In this document: piece after piece, positions 40,178 to 52,059 of the stretch
Layout of the letters: every line of letters begins with the position of its first letter
Numbering within the stretch: the first letter of the stretch is position 1
Assembly (NCBI GenBank): GCA_031416075.1
Contig: JANOSY010000017.1
Location: forward strand, 96,001-160,000
Source: Candidatus Tenderia sp.
GTDB lineage: Bacteria; Pseudomonadota; Gammaproteobacteria; Tenderiales; Tenderiaceae
Direction of reading: 5' to 3'
DNA: 64,000 bases
Notes under the pieces: model-generated
Told to the model about the DNA's origin: nothing
What the model saw: the letters and a program-made list of their open reading frames with translations, nothing else
Databases searched by the model: none
Position numbers and translations under genes: made by a program

Positions 40178-40187
40178 GGAGTGCGCC

Positions 40188-40493
40188 ATGATCCCCGGAG
40201 AGATAATTACCCAGTCAGGCGAGATCGAACTCAACGCCGGACGGCAGACAATCGAGATCGACGTTTCAAACAGTGGTGACCGCCCGATTCAAGTTGGATC
40301 GCACTACCACTTTGCCGAGACCAACGACGCACTCAGTTTTGATCGCCAGCAGGCACACGGCTACCGCCTCGACATCGCCGCCGGAACCGCCATCCGTTTT
40401 GAACCGGGCATGACCCGCCGCGTGCAACTGGTCGCGCTCGCGGGCGAACGCAAGGTATTTGGTTTTCAGGGACGGGTGATGGGGCCGCTTTGA
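40188..40493 (+). CDS. ureB: urease subunit beta
   Basis: [33 protein letters not shown]. Confidence 0.98.
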   Translation: MIPGEIITQSGEIELNAGRQTIEIDVSNSGDRPIQVGSHYHFAETNDALSFDRQQAHGYRLDIAAGTAIRFEPGMTRRVQLVALAGERKVFGFQGRVMGPL

Positions 40494-40548
40494 AACACCC
40501 GAATAACCTGGCGATAGAATAAACCTGTGTGTGAGAAAAATATCAGAC

Positions 40549-41040
40549 ATGAAATTTGAAATTGACATCGCAGACCTTTTAAAAATTGATGATATCGAGC
40601 TATCAGAACTTCTGACACAGGTCTATGTCGCTGGTGGATTCATGGAGCCTGACGAGGCGATTACGCTTTTAGAACCGTCCGCTGTCAGAAAACGTGGGAT
40701 GGTAATCGGTGCTCGTGAAACGAAACATCATAAATTGGCTGGTATTGTTATTGTTGTTCCGCCAGATTCGCCGGCCCGACGCATGGCAAAAAACAGTGAG
40801 GCGGAAATGCATCTATTAGGGGTCAAGCCAGAATACAGAGGACATGGTCTCGGTCGAATGCTTATTGAAGCAGTCATTGATAAGGTTAAACAGAACAACT
40901 TCTCAAAGATTATTTTGTGGACGCAGTTTTCCATGACATCCGCCCAGAAGTTATATGAGGCAGCGGGATTCACTCATATAGATGACATGCAGAGAAATGG
41001 CCGTAGCTTCAAAGTTTATGAGCTGGTGCTTGGTGGCTAA
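40549..41040 (+). CDS. GNAT family N-acetyltransferase inserted in the urease operon
   Basis: LGVKPEYRGHGLGRML, AQKLYEAAGF; more AT-rich than its neighbours. Confidence 0.88.
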   Translation: MKFEIDIADLLKIDDIELSELLTQVYVAGGFMEPDEAITLLEPSAVRKRGMVIGARETKHHKLAGIVIVVPPDSPARRMAKNSEAEMHLLGVKPEYRGHGLGRMLIEAVIDKVKQNNFSKIILWTQFSMTSAQKLYEAAGFTHIDDMQRNGRSFKVYELVLGG

Positions 41041-41142
41041 TAGCATCAGCGCGGATAACATTTAGATCTTGTTGGATGCCAAACGGGTAATCAAGCTGCA
41101 TCATTAAAAATTGGCACCACACACTTTAGGGGAGCACTGTTT

Positions 41143-42845
<1,703 letters not shown>

Positions 42846-42846
<1 letters not shown>

Positions 42847-43307
42847 TGTTGCCGCTGATGTTACAGATCACAGAACGTTTAACCTCTGGCGAGCAGCATG
42901 ACGACCGACTGATACTGCCGTTTGACCGACGCCAGAAGAGCCGCTTGCGGGTTACGCTGGAGTCTGGCACCGAGGCCGGGCTGTTCCTGGCGCGTGGCAC
43001 CCTGTTACGCGGCGGTGACCGGTTGCGCGGCGACGACGGCCGCATCGTGCTGATCGTAGCCGCAGACGAACCTGTGATGCGTATCACTGCCACAACCACA
43101 CACCAGCTGATGTGTGCTACCTACCACCTCGGCAATCGCCATGTCCCGCTCCAGATTGGCGAGGGGTGGCTGATACTCGAACAGGACCACGTCCTGCAAG
43201 AGATGTTGTTAGGGCTAGGTGTGACGGTCACCTATCAAAACGCGCCTTTTGAACCCGAGGCAGGTGCCTATGGCGGCGGACATCGTCATCATCAGGATGG
43301 CGATTAA
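42846..43307 (+). CDS. ureE: urease accessory protein UreE
   Basis: RQKSRLR, YHLGNRH, FEPEAGAYGGGHRHH. Confidence 0.95.
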
Positions 43308-43342
43308 AAATCCGCACCCAAAGCACCATGTGGAGCAGGTTT

Positions 43343-43420
43343 TTCGTGGCGAAATTGTCGAACCATAGACGGAGGACGATTAACGTCACCAGCCCTTCGA
43401 CAGGCTCAGGGCGAGCGGAG
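43343..43420. repeat. palindromic repeat pair, homologous to 34511-34602
   Basis: TGTCGAACCATAGACGGAGGA...ATTAACGTCACCAGCCCTTCGACAGGCTCAGGGCGA; the linker is shared too. Confidence 0.85.
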
Positions 43421-43631
43421 GATTTATTCAGAGGTTCGTTAAAAATTATTTATGCGGCTGTCATCATGATCAAAGGACAGCTAAAGATCGAGCCGTGCGG
43501 TTGCCATCTTCATGATCAAGGAACGATTAAAAATCCAATCGTGCAGTGGCCATCGTTGTTATCAGGAGACGGACAAAAATCATCATCAAGAGAATGTTAA
43601 AAGCTGTCATTATCAGAAGGCACCCAATAAT

Positions 43632-43993
43632 CCGTTCGTCCTGAGCCTGTCGAAGGATGAACGGATTAACTAAAAAGGATAAACAAAATGTTTTGGGTCT
43701 ACATTCTCCGCTGTGCCGACGGCAGCTATTACACAGGGCACACCGACAATCTTGAAAGACGAATGGGACAATACCTGGCCGGAGAGTGTGAGGGCTATGT
43801 CTCAACACGTCGTCCAGTGGAACTTGCCTGGTCGCAGGAGTGTGTCACCAGAGAAGAGGCCTTAACCGCTGAGATGCAGATCAAAGGATGGAGCCGTAAG
43901 AAAAAAGAGGCCATGATGCGCAGCGACTGGACGGAAGTTTCTCATTTAGCAAAAAGTAAATCGTCCATCCTTCGACAGGCTCAGGACGAACGG
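43632..43993. mobile_element. GIY-YIG gene bracketed by 32-bp inverted palindromic repeats
   Basis: 43632-43663 and 43962-43993 are reverse complements at 31/32 positions. Confidence 0.6.
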
Positions 43994-44053
43994 CCTGCCT
44001 CACGTAGTGCTTTGGGTACGGATTTAACTCTGCTGCGGAGTAATAAAAGTTGA
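43688..44053 (+). CDS. small GIY-YIG nuclease (UPF0213/YhbQ-like)
   Basis: WVYILRCADGSYYTGHT..LERR, EAL..E.QIKGWSRKKKEA; C-terminus reads through the repeat. Confidence 0.9.
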   Translation: MFWVYILRCADGSYYTGHTDNLERRMGQYLAGECEGYVSTRRPVELAWSQECVTREEALTAEMQIKGWSRKKKEAMMRSDWTEVSHLAKSKSSILRQAQDERPASRSALGTDLTLLRSNKS

Positions 44054-44120
44054 TTAGCCACTATTTTCATATTGCATCTCAATGCAGATGCCCTGCATCC
44101 ACAATTACGGTCGCACCATC

Positions 44121-44822
44121 ATGATTGATTCACTCGCACTCGCCCGACTGTTACAACTGGCCAGCCCGATGTTGCCGGTGGGCGCCTACAGCTACTCCCA
44201 AGGTTTGGAGTGGGCCATTGAAGAGGGCACGGTGTACGACGCCGCCACTGCCGAGCAGTGGATCGGTGATGTGCTCGAATTTTCACTCGGCAGCTTTGAA
44301 CTGCCGTTGCTGTGGCGCATGTGTCACGCCTGGCAGTTGCAGGATCAACAACAGATCAACCACTGGAACGATTTTTTCTGTGCCGGACGCGAGACCGCCG
44401 AGTCCCATGCCGAAACATTGCAGATGGGTTATTCACTGCGGCGGCTGCTCAATTCACTAGAGTCGTTGGAATCCATTGGTGAAGGGCAAACATCACCACT
44501 GCAACAGCTGCAAGAGATCTCGCCAATCAGCTTCCCCACCGCCTACGCCTGCGCCGTGGCCAGTTGGAAAATCCCGATTGACGCAGCGCTGCAAGCCTAC
44601 GCCTGGTCGTGGCTCGAAAATCAGATCAGCGCCGCTATAAAAACTATTCCGCTGGGGCAAACCGATGGTCAGCGCACCCTATTTGCATTGGCAGGACGCC
44701 TGCCGCAATTGATAACACACGCCTGCATACTTGAAGACGATGAGATCAGCAACTTCGCTCCCGGCCTCACCTTTGCCGGATGCCGCCACGAGACTCAATA
44801 CAGCCGTCTATTTAGATCATAG
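44121..44822 (+). CDS. ureF: urease accessory protein UreF
   Basis: LQLASPMLPVGAYSYSQGLE, PLGQTDGQ, HETQYSRLFRS. Confidence 0.96.
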   Translation: MIDSLALARLLQLASPMLPVGAYSYSQGLEWAIEEGTVYDAATAEQWIGDVLEFSLGSFELPLLWRMCHAWQLQDQQQINHWNDFFCAGRETAESHAETLQMGYSLRRLLNSLESLESIGEGQTSPLQQLQEISPISFPTAYACAVASWKIPIDAALQAYAWSWLENQISAAIKTIPLGQTDGQRTLFALAGRLPQLITHACILEDDEISNFAPGLTFAGCRHETQYSRLFRS

Positions 44823-44887
44823 ATTTTCAGGAATTGTAACTGTTCAGAACTTGTCTGACATTGAGTTAAACCACTGGCCAATATGAT

Positions 44888-44921
44888 GTAGAGTGGATTA
44901 GCGTTTTTTGCGTAATTCACC
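44888..44921 (+). repeat. GTAG-type REP-like palindrome
   Basis: GTAG-AGTGGATTAGCG-TTTTTTG-CGTAATTCACC. Confidence 0.6.
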
Positions 44922-45022
44922 AAGCGTGCGAAGCACTCCAGCTATTTTTTAGCCGTGCTTTATCAAGGCAGAAAGATAAAGATGTTGAATAGTTAAAAAC
45001 TGTTTTATTAAAGGAAAATACA

Positions 45023-45640
45023 GTGATGAGAAGAGAGACCCTACGCATCGGCATCGGTGGTCCGGTTGGTTCCGGCAAAACCGCACTGACACTTGCGCTC
45101 TGCCAGCAGCTGCGCCAGCGCTACAACATCGCCGTAGTCACCAACGACATCTATACCAAAGAGGATGCTGAATTCCTCACACGTAACGAGGCGTTGGCGC
45201 CAGAACGCATCATCGGCGTTGAGACCGGCGGCTGCCCACACACCGCCATTCGTGAAGATGCCTCCATGAATCTGGAGGCGGTGGATCAACTCTGTCGTCG
45301 CTTTGAAGGGTTGGAGATCGTCTTCATCGAGAGTGGTGGCGACAACCTGGCCGCCACCTTCAGCCCCGAACTCTCCGATCTGACTATTTATGTAATCGAC
45401 GTCTCGGCAGGCGAAAAGATTCCACGCAAGGGCGGCCCCGGAATCACCAAGTCAGACCTGCTGGTGATTAATAAAATTGATCTGGCCCCCTACGTTGGCG
45501 CTTCACTCGAGGTGATGGATCGCGACGCCAAACGCATGCGCGGCGAACGGCCATTCTTTTTCAGCAACCTTAAAACCGGCCAGGGGTTGGATGAGATTAT
45601 TAAGTTCATTGAAGCCGAAGGGCTGATGGTAGCTCGATAG
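45023..45640 (+). CDS. ureG: urease accessory GTPase UreG
   Basis: [33 protein letters not shown]. Confidence 0.98.
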   Translation: MMRRETLRIGIGGPVGSGKTALTLALCQQLRQRYNIAVVTNDIYTKEDAEFLTRNEALAPERIIGVETGGCPHTAIREDASMNLEAVDQLCRRFEGLEIVFIESGGDNLAATFSPELSDLTIYVIDVSAGEKIPRKGGPGITKSDLLVINKIDLAPYVGASLEVMDRDAKRMRGERPFFFSNLKTGQGLDEIIKFIEAEGLMVAR

Positions 45641-45675
45641 CGCGGCAAAAAACTCCGCACCTTCAGCTATGTTGA

Positions 45676-46122
45676 TCACTCCCCAATTTCTGGTTCAACA
45701 AGTTTTGCGAGTGCGGCAAGCGACTCCTGCCAACCGAGGTAACACATCTCGACGGGGATGACGTCAGGGATGCCCGCCTGCACCACATTCAACTCAGTGC
45801 CACAGGAGACCTGTTTCAAAGAGACCGTCACCTCTATCACGCTAGGAAGATTTGGGTCCTCGAATTTATCTGTATAGCGAATCAATTCGTTTGGCACCAG
45901 CTCCAAGTATTCACCGCCGAAGGAGTGGCTCTTTTGGGTAGTGAAGTTTGTAAACGACATCCTGAATGACCCGCCAACCTTGGCATCCATATGATGCACG
46001 GTGCAGGTAAAACCGTTTGGAGGAATCCACTTGGCCATGGCATCGGCATTGAGGAATGCACGATAAACCCGCTCCGGCGGTGAACGCAAAACACGATGCA
46101 GACGAACAGTGTTGGTGGCCAT
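45676..46122 (-). CDS. SRPBCC/AHSA1 family protein
   Basis: LHRVLRSPPERVYRAF, GGEYLELVP, CYLGWQESL; RBS before ATG 46122. Confidence 0.88.
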   Translation of the reverse strand: MATNTVRLHRVLRSPPERVYRAFLNADAMAKWIPPNGFTCTVHHMDAKVGGSFRMSFTNFTTQKSHSFGGEYLELVPNELIRYTDKFEDPNLPSVIEVTVSLKQVSCGTELNVVQAGIPDVIPVEMCYLGWQESLAALAKLVEPEIGE

Positions 46123-46271
46123 GATTTTTCTCTCCTTTTGTTGTTGGGTTTCAGAATCTGTTTCGACACAGGACTTAAAGATATTACCTTGCACCTTTAA
46201 GCGCCAGAAGTTCACGACAACTGCCTATCCTGTACAGCATGAATGGTTAACATTCGGATCATAATCGTTTG

Positions 46272-46961
46272 TTAAATATGGCACTCATTGCTCAATAGCG
46301 ACCTTATATCAACCGCATATTTCTGATAAGAATTCCAACCAAGTATCGAACAAATATTTGACGAATATGAAGTAATAGACTCTCTTTCAAGATCAAACGC
46401 AGGATCATTAAAATCTCCATAGTCATGATTGGTTGCCAGCGCTTTAAATATATTACGACTTATAATTCTCAGGCCACTTTTATCATCGAAGTGGTTATAC
46501 TGGTTGCGCCCTGCATAAATAACGAGGCCTAAAGGCACACCCCTAACAACCCTGCCAAATGCAAATTTTTTTATTATATTTATTGCATTGGATTTACTTT
46601 TTTCACCATTACAACCATGGCACAGATATAATAAGAAATCGTCGAACTTGCTGTTAATGGCATGCAGTTCAATTCCTTTAAACGCTATTTGTAAAATCGA
46701 ACCTGAAATAACATGCATCGAAAACAAGCTGGCTTGATACTCTTCTCTCGCATACTTGGCGACCTCGAATTCTTGCCGCACTTCTGGCCTTGACCTCCAC
46801 TCCTCATATTTTTTTTCAAATTCTCCTTCCTTGCCGTTATGGCGAAACACCGCTACAGGAGGAATGCTCATTCCGATTAAGCCCCTGTAATAATCAATAG
46901 ACTCAAACATGCTTTTTACTGCATGCTCAGTTTGATCTATGTATTGTTCTGAGCTGATCAT
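46272..46961 (-). CDS. hypothetical AT-rich protein with HEPN-like RNxxxH motif
   Basis: 229-aa ORF containing AGRNQYNH. Confidence 0.7.
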   Translation of the reverse strand: MISSEQYIDQTEHAVKSMFESIDYYRGLIGMSIPPVAVFRHNGKEGEFEKKYEEWRSRPEVRQEFEVAKYAREEYQASLFSMHVISGSILQIAFKGIELHAINSKFDDFLLYLCHGCNGEKSKSNAINIIKKFAFGRVVRGVPLGLVIYAGRNQYNHFDDKSGLRIISRNIFKALATNHDYGDFNDPAFDLERESITSYSSNICSILGWNSYQKYAVDIRSLLSNECHI

Positions 46962-47252
46962 TTCAATTTTCTCTTAACAGATAATCGCCTCAAAAGCGGG
47001 GCAATCAAACATCCCACTTTTTTAGGTGGCAATCTGGAATATATACTCGGCTCTCGCATGAATGACAAAAAAAACTTAGCCGCGCATAAAACACCGACAC
47101 ATCAACGGGGCATGTATTTAATTCTGGTGTTTTTGTCTGGTCTCTTACTTCAATGTCGCCGAATCGTGAAACACCAACAATCCAAAACCTTCCTTTCTCA
47201 ACCTTGATCACACTGCTCACCGCAGAAATCGCCACTTCACCCACAACAGTGC

Positions 47253-48245
47253 TCATCTAACCTGTCGTGTCATCACCCGCTCCTCCAACAATCGCCGCAG
47301 CGGCTGCAACTCCGGCACCCGCTGCACCACTTCCAACACATATTCCATGATGCGTGGAATATCTTGCAGATAGCCGGGTTTGCCGTCGCGGATGTTGAGG
47401 CGGGCGAAGATGCCGAGCACTTTGAGGTGGCGTTGCACGCCCATCAGATCAAACCATTGCAGCAGCTGTTGCTGGCTTTCGCCTGCGTTGACGCCTGCGG
47501 TCATTGCTTGTTGGCGATACTGCGCGACCCATGCCTCTACACGTTGACGTGGCCAGGCGATGTAACAATCTTTGAGTAGTGAGACGAGGTCATAACTGAC
47601 CGGGCCGATCACGGCGTCCTGAAAGTCGAGCACGCCGGGGTTGTGTTGGGTGGTGAGCATGAGGTTGCGTGAGTGGTAGTCGCGATGGACCCAGACGTAG
47701 GGTTGTTGCAGTGACTGTTGCGTCAACCACTCCAGCACTTCATCCAGCGCGTGCTGTTGTTCTGCGGTCAATCTGATTTGCAGATGTTTTTCCAGGAACC
47801 ACTCCTGGAACAGCGCCATCTCGCGCATCAATAAAGCATGGTCGTAACGTGGCAGCGCTGCGTCGGTGAGTTTGCCGTTGGCCTGTAGCTGTACCAGGGC
47901 GGTGATTGCGTCGCCGTAGAGTTGATCTGCACTCTGCTCATTCAGGGCGGGTAGGTATTGCTGATGGCCCAGATCACTCAGCAGCAAAAATCCTTGCGTC
48001 AGATCCTGCTCCAGCACTACCGGCACGTTGAGGCCATAATCCGCCATGGCCGCTGAGATCTTGATGAAGGGGCCGCAATCCTCTTTCTCTGGCGGCGCAT
48101 CCATGACGATGTGGCTCGTGCCCGGCAGCGTTATCCGGAAGTAGCGCCGGAAACTGGCGTCGCTGGAGGCGGGGGCGATCTGGGCACCACTGATACCGAG
48201 TGTCTGCTCTACCCAAACGGTTAACTGTTCCAATCTTCTGTCCAT
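47253..48245 (-). CDS. amgK: anomeric MurNAc/GlcNAc kinase (APH-family phosphotransferase)
   Basis: DASFRRYFR, MDAPP, HRDYHSRNLM, LDFQDA, QRHLKVLGIFARL; divergent from lptD. Confidence 0.88.
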   Translation of the reverse strand: MDRRLEQLTVWVEQTLGISGAQIAPASSDASFRRYFRITLPGTSHIVMDAPPEKEDCGPFIKISAAMADYGLNVPVVLEQDLTQGFLLLSDLGHQQYLPALNEQSADQLYGDAITALVQLQANGKLTDAALPRYDHALLMREMALFQEWFLEKHLQIRLTAEQQHALDEVLEWLTQQSLQQPYVWVHRDYHSRNLMLTTQHNPGVLDFQDAVIGPVSYDLVSLLKDCYIAWPRQRVEAWVAQYRQQAMTAGVNAGESQQQLLQWFDLMGVQRHLKVLGIFARLNIRDGKPGYLQDIPRIMEYVLEVVQRVPELQPLRRLLEERVMTRQVR

Positions 48246-48440
48246 TGTGACCCTTTGTGACTGCTTTGCTGAACGACCTAGCCCCCGTTTGCCGCTGAAA
48301 AACGGGTATACTTGCCAACCTTATATATGAACATCAGCGTGTGGGCCTGACCATTTATGAATTCTGTAGTAAGTTACGATAAAACCCGTGATTGTGCCAT
48401 CTCTTCACTTGACTTCCGCAGCTGCTGACAGCATCTGTCG

Positions 48441-50690
48441 ATGTACAAATCCCATAAAAACACTCTTCTGATTCTTGCCCTCTCTGCTGCTATCAATGCC
48501 GCCCAGGGGGAAGAAAGCCCTGTGCTGTGGGGGCAGTGCCACGCCTGGCAGCTCCCTGAGTTTAGTTATCCCGGTGAGGATCGTGGTGAACAGTCTGCCA
48601 CTTTTCTGGGGGCGGACTCCAGTGAGGGGCGCGACAATGAGGTGATTGATCTGCTTGGCAACATTCGTGTGCAGCGCCCTGATCAGCAGCTGTTTGCCGA
48701 TAAGGCCACCTACAACCGGGCGCTGAAGACGCTGGAGGTACATGGCAATATCCGTTACGAAGCGGCGGATTTTACCACCCAGGCCGACTACGCACTCATA
48801 GCCCTGGAGGGTGGCAAAGGACGGTTTGAGAACAGTCAATACGTCATCCCTACACGCCACGCCCGTGGCAACAGTCGTGTCATTGACATTCAAAGCAGTG
48901 ATCTGACGGTATTTCGTCAAGCCAGTTACACCACCTGTGATCCCGGCAATGAAGACTGGATACTGCGCGCCAGCAGTGTTGAGCTGAATCGGGGCAGTGG
49001 CATGGGCAGCGCCTGGAACGCCCGAATCGCTTTTCAGGGGGTGCCGTTTCTCTACATCCCCTATATTCGTTTTCCCATCACCAACGAACGGATGACAGGG
49101 CTGCTCGCCCCCACCTATGGCACTTCAAAACTGGGCGGTACAGAGCTGGCACTGCCGATCTATATTAACCTGCACCCTCAGCTCGACCTGACCATCACCC
49201 CCCATAACTATACCAACCGTGGTTTGAAATGGGATAACGAGCTGCGCTACCTCAGCCACTATGGCAGCGGCAAGATTCACACAGAACAGATCGATGATGG
49301 CGTCTATGGCCAGGAGCGTCGCCTGTTTGAATATAACCACACGGGCCAGCTAACAGGCGACTGGAGCAGTGACCTGCTCTACAACCGTGTCTCTGACCGC
49401 TACTACTTTAACGATTTTGGGAACTCACTCAGCGTTAGCAGCCTGACCCATCTGGAGCGTCACGCCCAGCTGACACACGCTGATCGTTATGGTCGTTTTT
49501 TCATTCAGGCCCAGGGGTTTCAAACCATTGATGACTCCACCCCGTACAGCGAGCGCCCCTATCGCCGCCTGCCACAGCTCACCTATACCAGCGTACCGTA
49601 TGGCATGGGCGCACTACGGCTGAACCTGAACAGCGAGCTGGTCCGTTTTCAACAGCATGAACGGCTCACTGGCAGCCGTGCCAACCTCACGCCATCACTG
49701 TCGCTGCCTTATCAACGCCCGGCGGGGTTTATCACCCCCAAGCTCAGTCTCAGCCTCAGTCGTTATGCGCTGGAAGAGGCTTACAATACGCTCGACACCC
49801 GCACACTGCACCGTGTAGTGCCAATCACCAACATCGACAGTGGACTCTATCTGGAGCGTGAAACAACACTCTTTGGCGGCAACTATTTACAGACCCTCGA
49901 ACCCCGCGCCTTCTATCTCTACGTGCCCTATCGTGACCAGTCTGACTATCCGATATTTGACAGTGGCAGCTATGACTTCAGCAGCGCCCAGCTCTTTCGC
50001 ACCAACCGGTTTGCCGGTACCGACCGGATTGGTGACGCCAATCAGATCACCGTTGCCCTCACCTCACGACTACTGCAACAACAGGATGGCTGGGAGCTTA
50101 TGCGTGGCAGCATTGGACAGATCCAATATTTCAAAGATCGCCAGGTAACACTTACCGGCAATCAGATTGACAGCCGCAACCACTCCGAAACCATTGTTGA
50201 TGCTGAGTTTCACCCCACCCGGCCACTCAGCATCCGTGGCGATCTGTTCTGGAACAGTGACAATAACAGCGTCACACGACGCGATCTGCGCCTGCAATAT
50301 ATGAACGACGAACGCCACATTCTAAGTATTAACTATCGCCAGCGCAGCACACCCGACACCGTCGCCAATACCGCCGCACGGGAAATCGACAGCGCCATTC
50401 TCTGGCCGCTCACCAGCCAGTGGAGTATCATTGGACGCCGCTACCACTCCCTTGATGATAACCGCACGCTGGAAAAACTGGCGGGGGTTGAATACAGCGA
50501 CTGCTGCTGGGCGTTTCGTGCTGTGCGCCACGCCACCTTTGTAGAGTCCGCCGGTGCCACCAGTGCCCCCTACGGAACCTTGCGCTACGGCTGGTATCTA
50601 CAGCTTGAGCTGAAAGGACTCACCAGCCTGGGCGACAGCATCGACAAACTGATGCAGGATAAAATTCTCGGCTATAAGGCCATACCTTAG
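48441..50690 (+). CDS. lptD: LPS assembly protein LptD
   Basis: YTTC, QTLEPR.FYLYVPY, DRIGDANQ, Y.DCCW, QLELKGL. Confidence 0.97.
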   Translation: MYKSHKNTLLILALSAAINAAQGEESPVLWGQCHAWQLPEFSYPGEDRGEQSATFLGADSSEGRDNEVIDLLGNIRVQRPDQQLFADKATYNRALKTLEVHGNIRYEAADFTTQADYALIALEGGKGRFENSQYVIPTRHARGNSRVIDIQSSDLTVFRQASYTTCDPGNEDWILRASSVELNRGSGMGSAWNARIAFQGVPFLYIPYIRFPITNERMTGLLAPTYGTSKLGGTELALPIYINLHPQLDLTITPHNYTNRGLKWDNELRYLSHYGSGKIHTEQIDDGVYGQERRLFEYNHTGQLTGDWSSDLLYNRVSDRYYFNDFGNSLSVSSLTHLERHAQLTHADRYGRFFIQAQGFQTIDDSTPYSERPYRRLPQLTYTSVPYGMGALRLNLNSELVRFQQHERLTGSRANLTPSLSLPYQRPAGFITPKLSLSLSRYALEEAYNTLDTRTLHRVVPITNIDSGLYLERETTLFGGNYLQTLEPRAFYLYVPYRDQSDYPIFDSGSYDFSSAQLFRTNRFAGTDRIGDANQITVALTSRLLQQQDGWELMRGSIGQIQYFKDRQVTLTGNQIDSRNHSETIVDAEFHPTRPLSIRGDLFWNSDNNSVTRRDLRLQYMNDERHILSINYRQRSTPDTVANTAAREIDSAILWPLTSQWSIIGRRYHSLDDNRTLEKLAGVEYSDCCWAFRAVRHATFVESAGATSAPYGTLRYGWYLQLELKGLTSLGDSIDKLMQDKILGYKAIP

Positions 50691-50715
50691 ATTTGATCAT
50701 CAACAGGTCACCAAT

Positions 50716-51987
50716 ATGAAATATTTTCTTACAATACTCACTCTGATTGCCACACTCAGCGCACAGGCAGAGCCGGTAAAAATCGACGGCATCGCCGCCG
50801 TCGTCAATGAAGAGGCGGTTACGCTGAGTGAACTGGATAACGAAATAAAAACCGTCAAAGCCCAGCTGCAACAGCAAAAAAGCAGCCAGCCCAGCGACGC
50901 AGCCCTGCAACGGCAGGTGCTGGAGCGTTTAATTGTCATTCATCTGAAGCAGCAGCTGGCCGACCGTAACAACATCATCATTGATGACGAGACCCTTAAC
51001 CGCGCTATCAGCAGCATCGCCAAACAGAACAACATTTCACTGGCACAGTTACGCAATGTAATCGAACGGGACAGTTTTGATTTCAATCTCTATCGTGAAA
51101 ACATTCGCCACGAGATTCTCCATACCCGGCTGCGCCAGCGTTATGTCGACAACCGCATCAACATCACCAGCGCCGAGATTGAACTCTTTCTCAAACAGCA
51201 AGAGAAGAGTGGCGGCAATGAAAACGAGTATCAGCTTAACCATATCCTGATCAGCATCCCCGAAGGTGCCAGTGCCGAAACCATTCAAACAGCCAAACAG
51301 CGCGCCCAAGCCATTCTCGACCGTCTCGCCAAAGGTGAGCCGTTTGCAGAGCTCGCCATCGCCGAATCCGATAGCCAACAGGCGCTGAGCGGTGGTGACC
51401 TTGGCTGGCGCAAACTGGGGGAGATCCCTTCACTCTTTGCCAATATTGTGGTGGATATGAAAAAAGGCGATGTCAGCACACTCATCCGCAACCCCAGCGG
51501 CTTTCACATCATCAAACTCAACGATGAGCGTGGTGGCGAACGCCACATGGTCAACCAGAGCCACGTTCGCCACATCCTAATCAAGACCGATGAGGTCACC
51601 GACGACAACGCCGCACTGCACAAAGTCGAAGAGCTGAAATCACGTATCGAACAGGGCGATGACTTTAGTCTCATTGCAAAAGCACACTCCGATGACAAAG
51701 GCAGTGCCACCAAAGGTGGCGACCTCGGCTGGGCCAGCCCCGGTCAAATGGTGCCGGCGTTTGAAAAGGTGATGAACGACATCGCCCCGAATAAAATCAG
51801 CGACCCCTTCCAGAGTCCGTTTGGCTGGCACATTTTAGAGGTGCTGGAGCGCCGCACTCAGGATGATACTGACCAGTACAAACGCAACATCGCCCGTCAA
51901 CAGCTCTTCGAACGTAAAGTGAGTGAAGAGGAAGAGCTATGGTTACGGCAACTGCGTGATGAAGCGTATGTTGAGATTCGAATTTAG
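50716..51987 (+). CDS. surA: periplasmic chaperone/PPIase SurA
   Basis: IAAVVNE, two parvulin domains (HILI, GGDLGW), LRDEAYVEIR. Confidence 0.96.
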   Translation: MKYFLTILTLIATLSAQAEPVKIDGIAAVVNEEAVTLSELDNEIKTVKAQLQQQKSSQPSDAALQRQVLERLIVIHLKQQLADRNNIIIDDETLNRAISSIAKQNNISLAQLRNVIERDSFDFNLYRENIRHEILHTRLRQRYVDNRINITSAEIELFLKQQEKSGGNENEYQLNHILISIPEGASAETIQTAKQRAQAILDRLAKGEPFAELAIAESDSQQALSGGDLGWRKLGEIPSLFANIVVDMKKGDVSTLIRNPSGFHIIKLNDERGGERHMVNQSHVRHILIKTDEVTDDNAALHKVEELKSRIEQGDDFSLIAKAHSDDKGSATKGGDLGWASPGQMVPAFEKVMNDIAPNKISDPFQSPFGWHILEVLERRTQDDTDQYKRNIARQQLFERKVSEEEELWLRQLRDEAYVEIRI

Positions 51988-52059
51988 CTGATCGCCTGAT
52001 CCCCTTCACTGTCCAATCGGCACCAAAGGGGAACACCATTTAACAGACAGAGTATCGGC

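Noticed and set aside
47005-47256. 83-aa ORF coupled to amgK as murU
   Set aside because: It lacks the nucleotidyltransferase LAAG.G.R motif and is too short.
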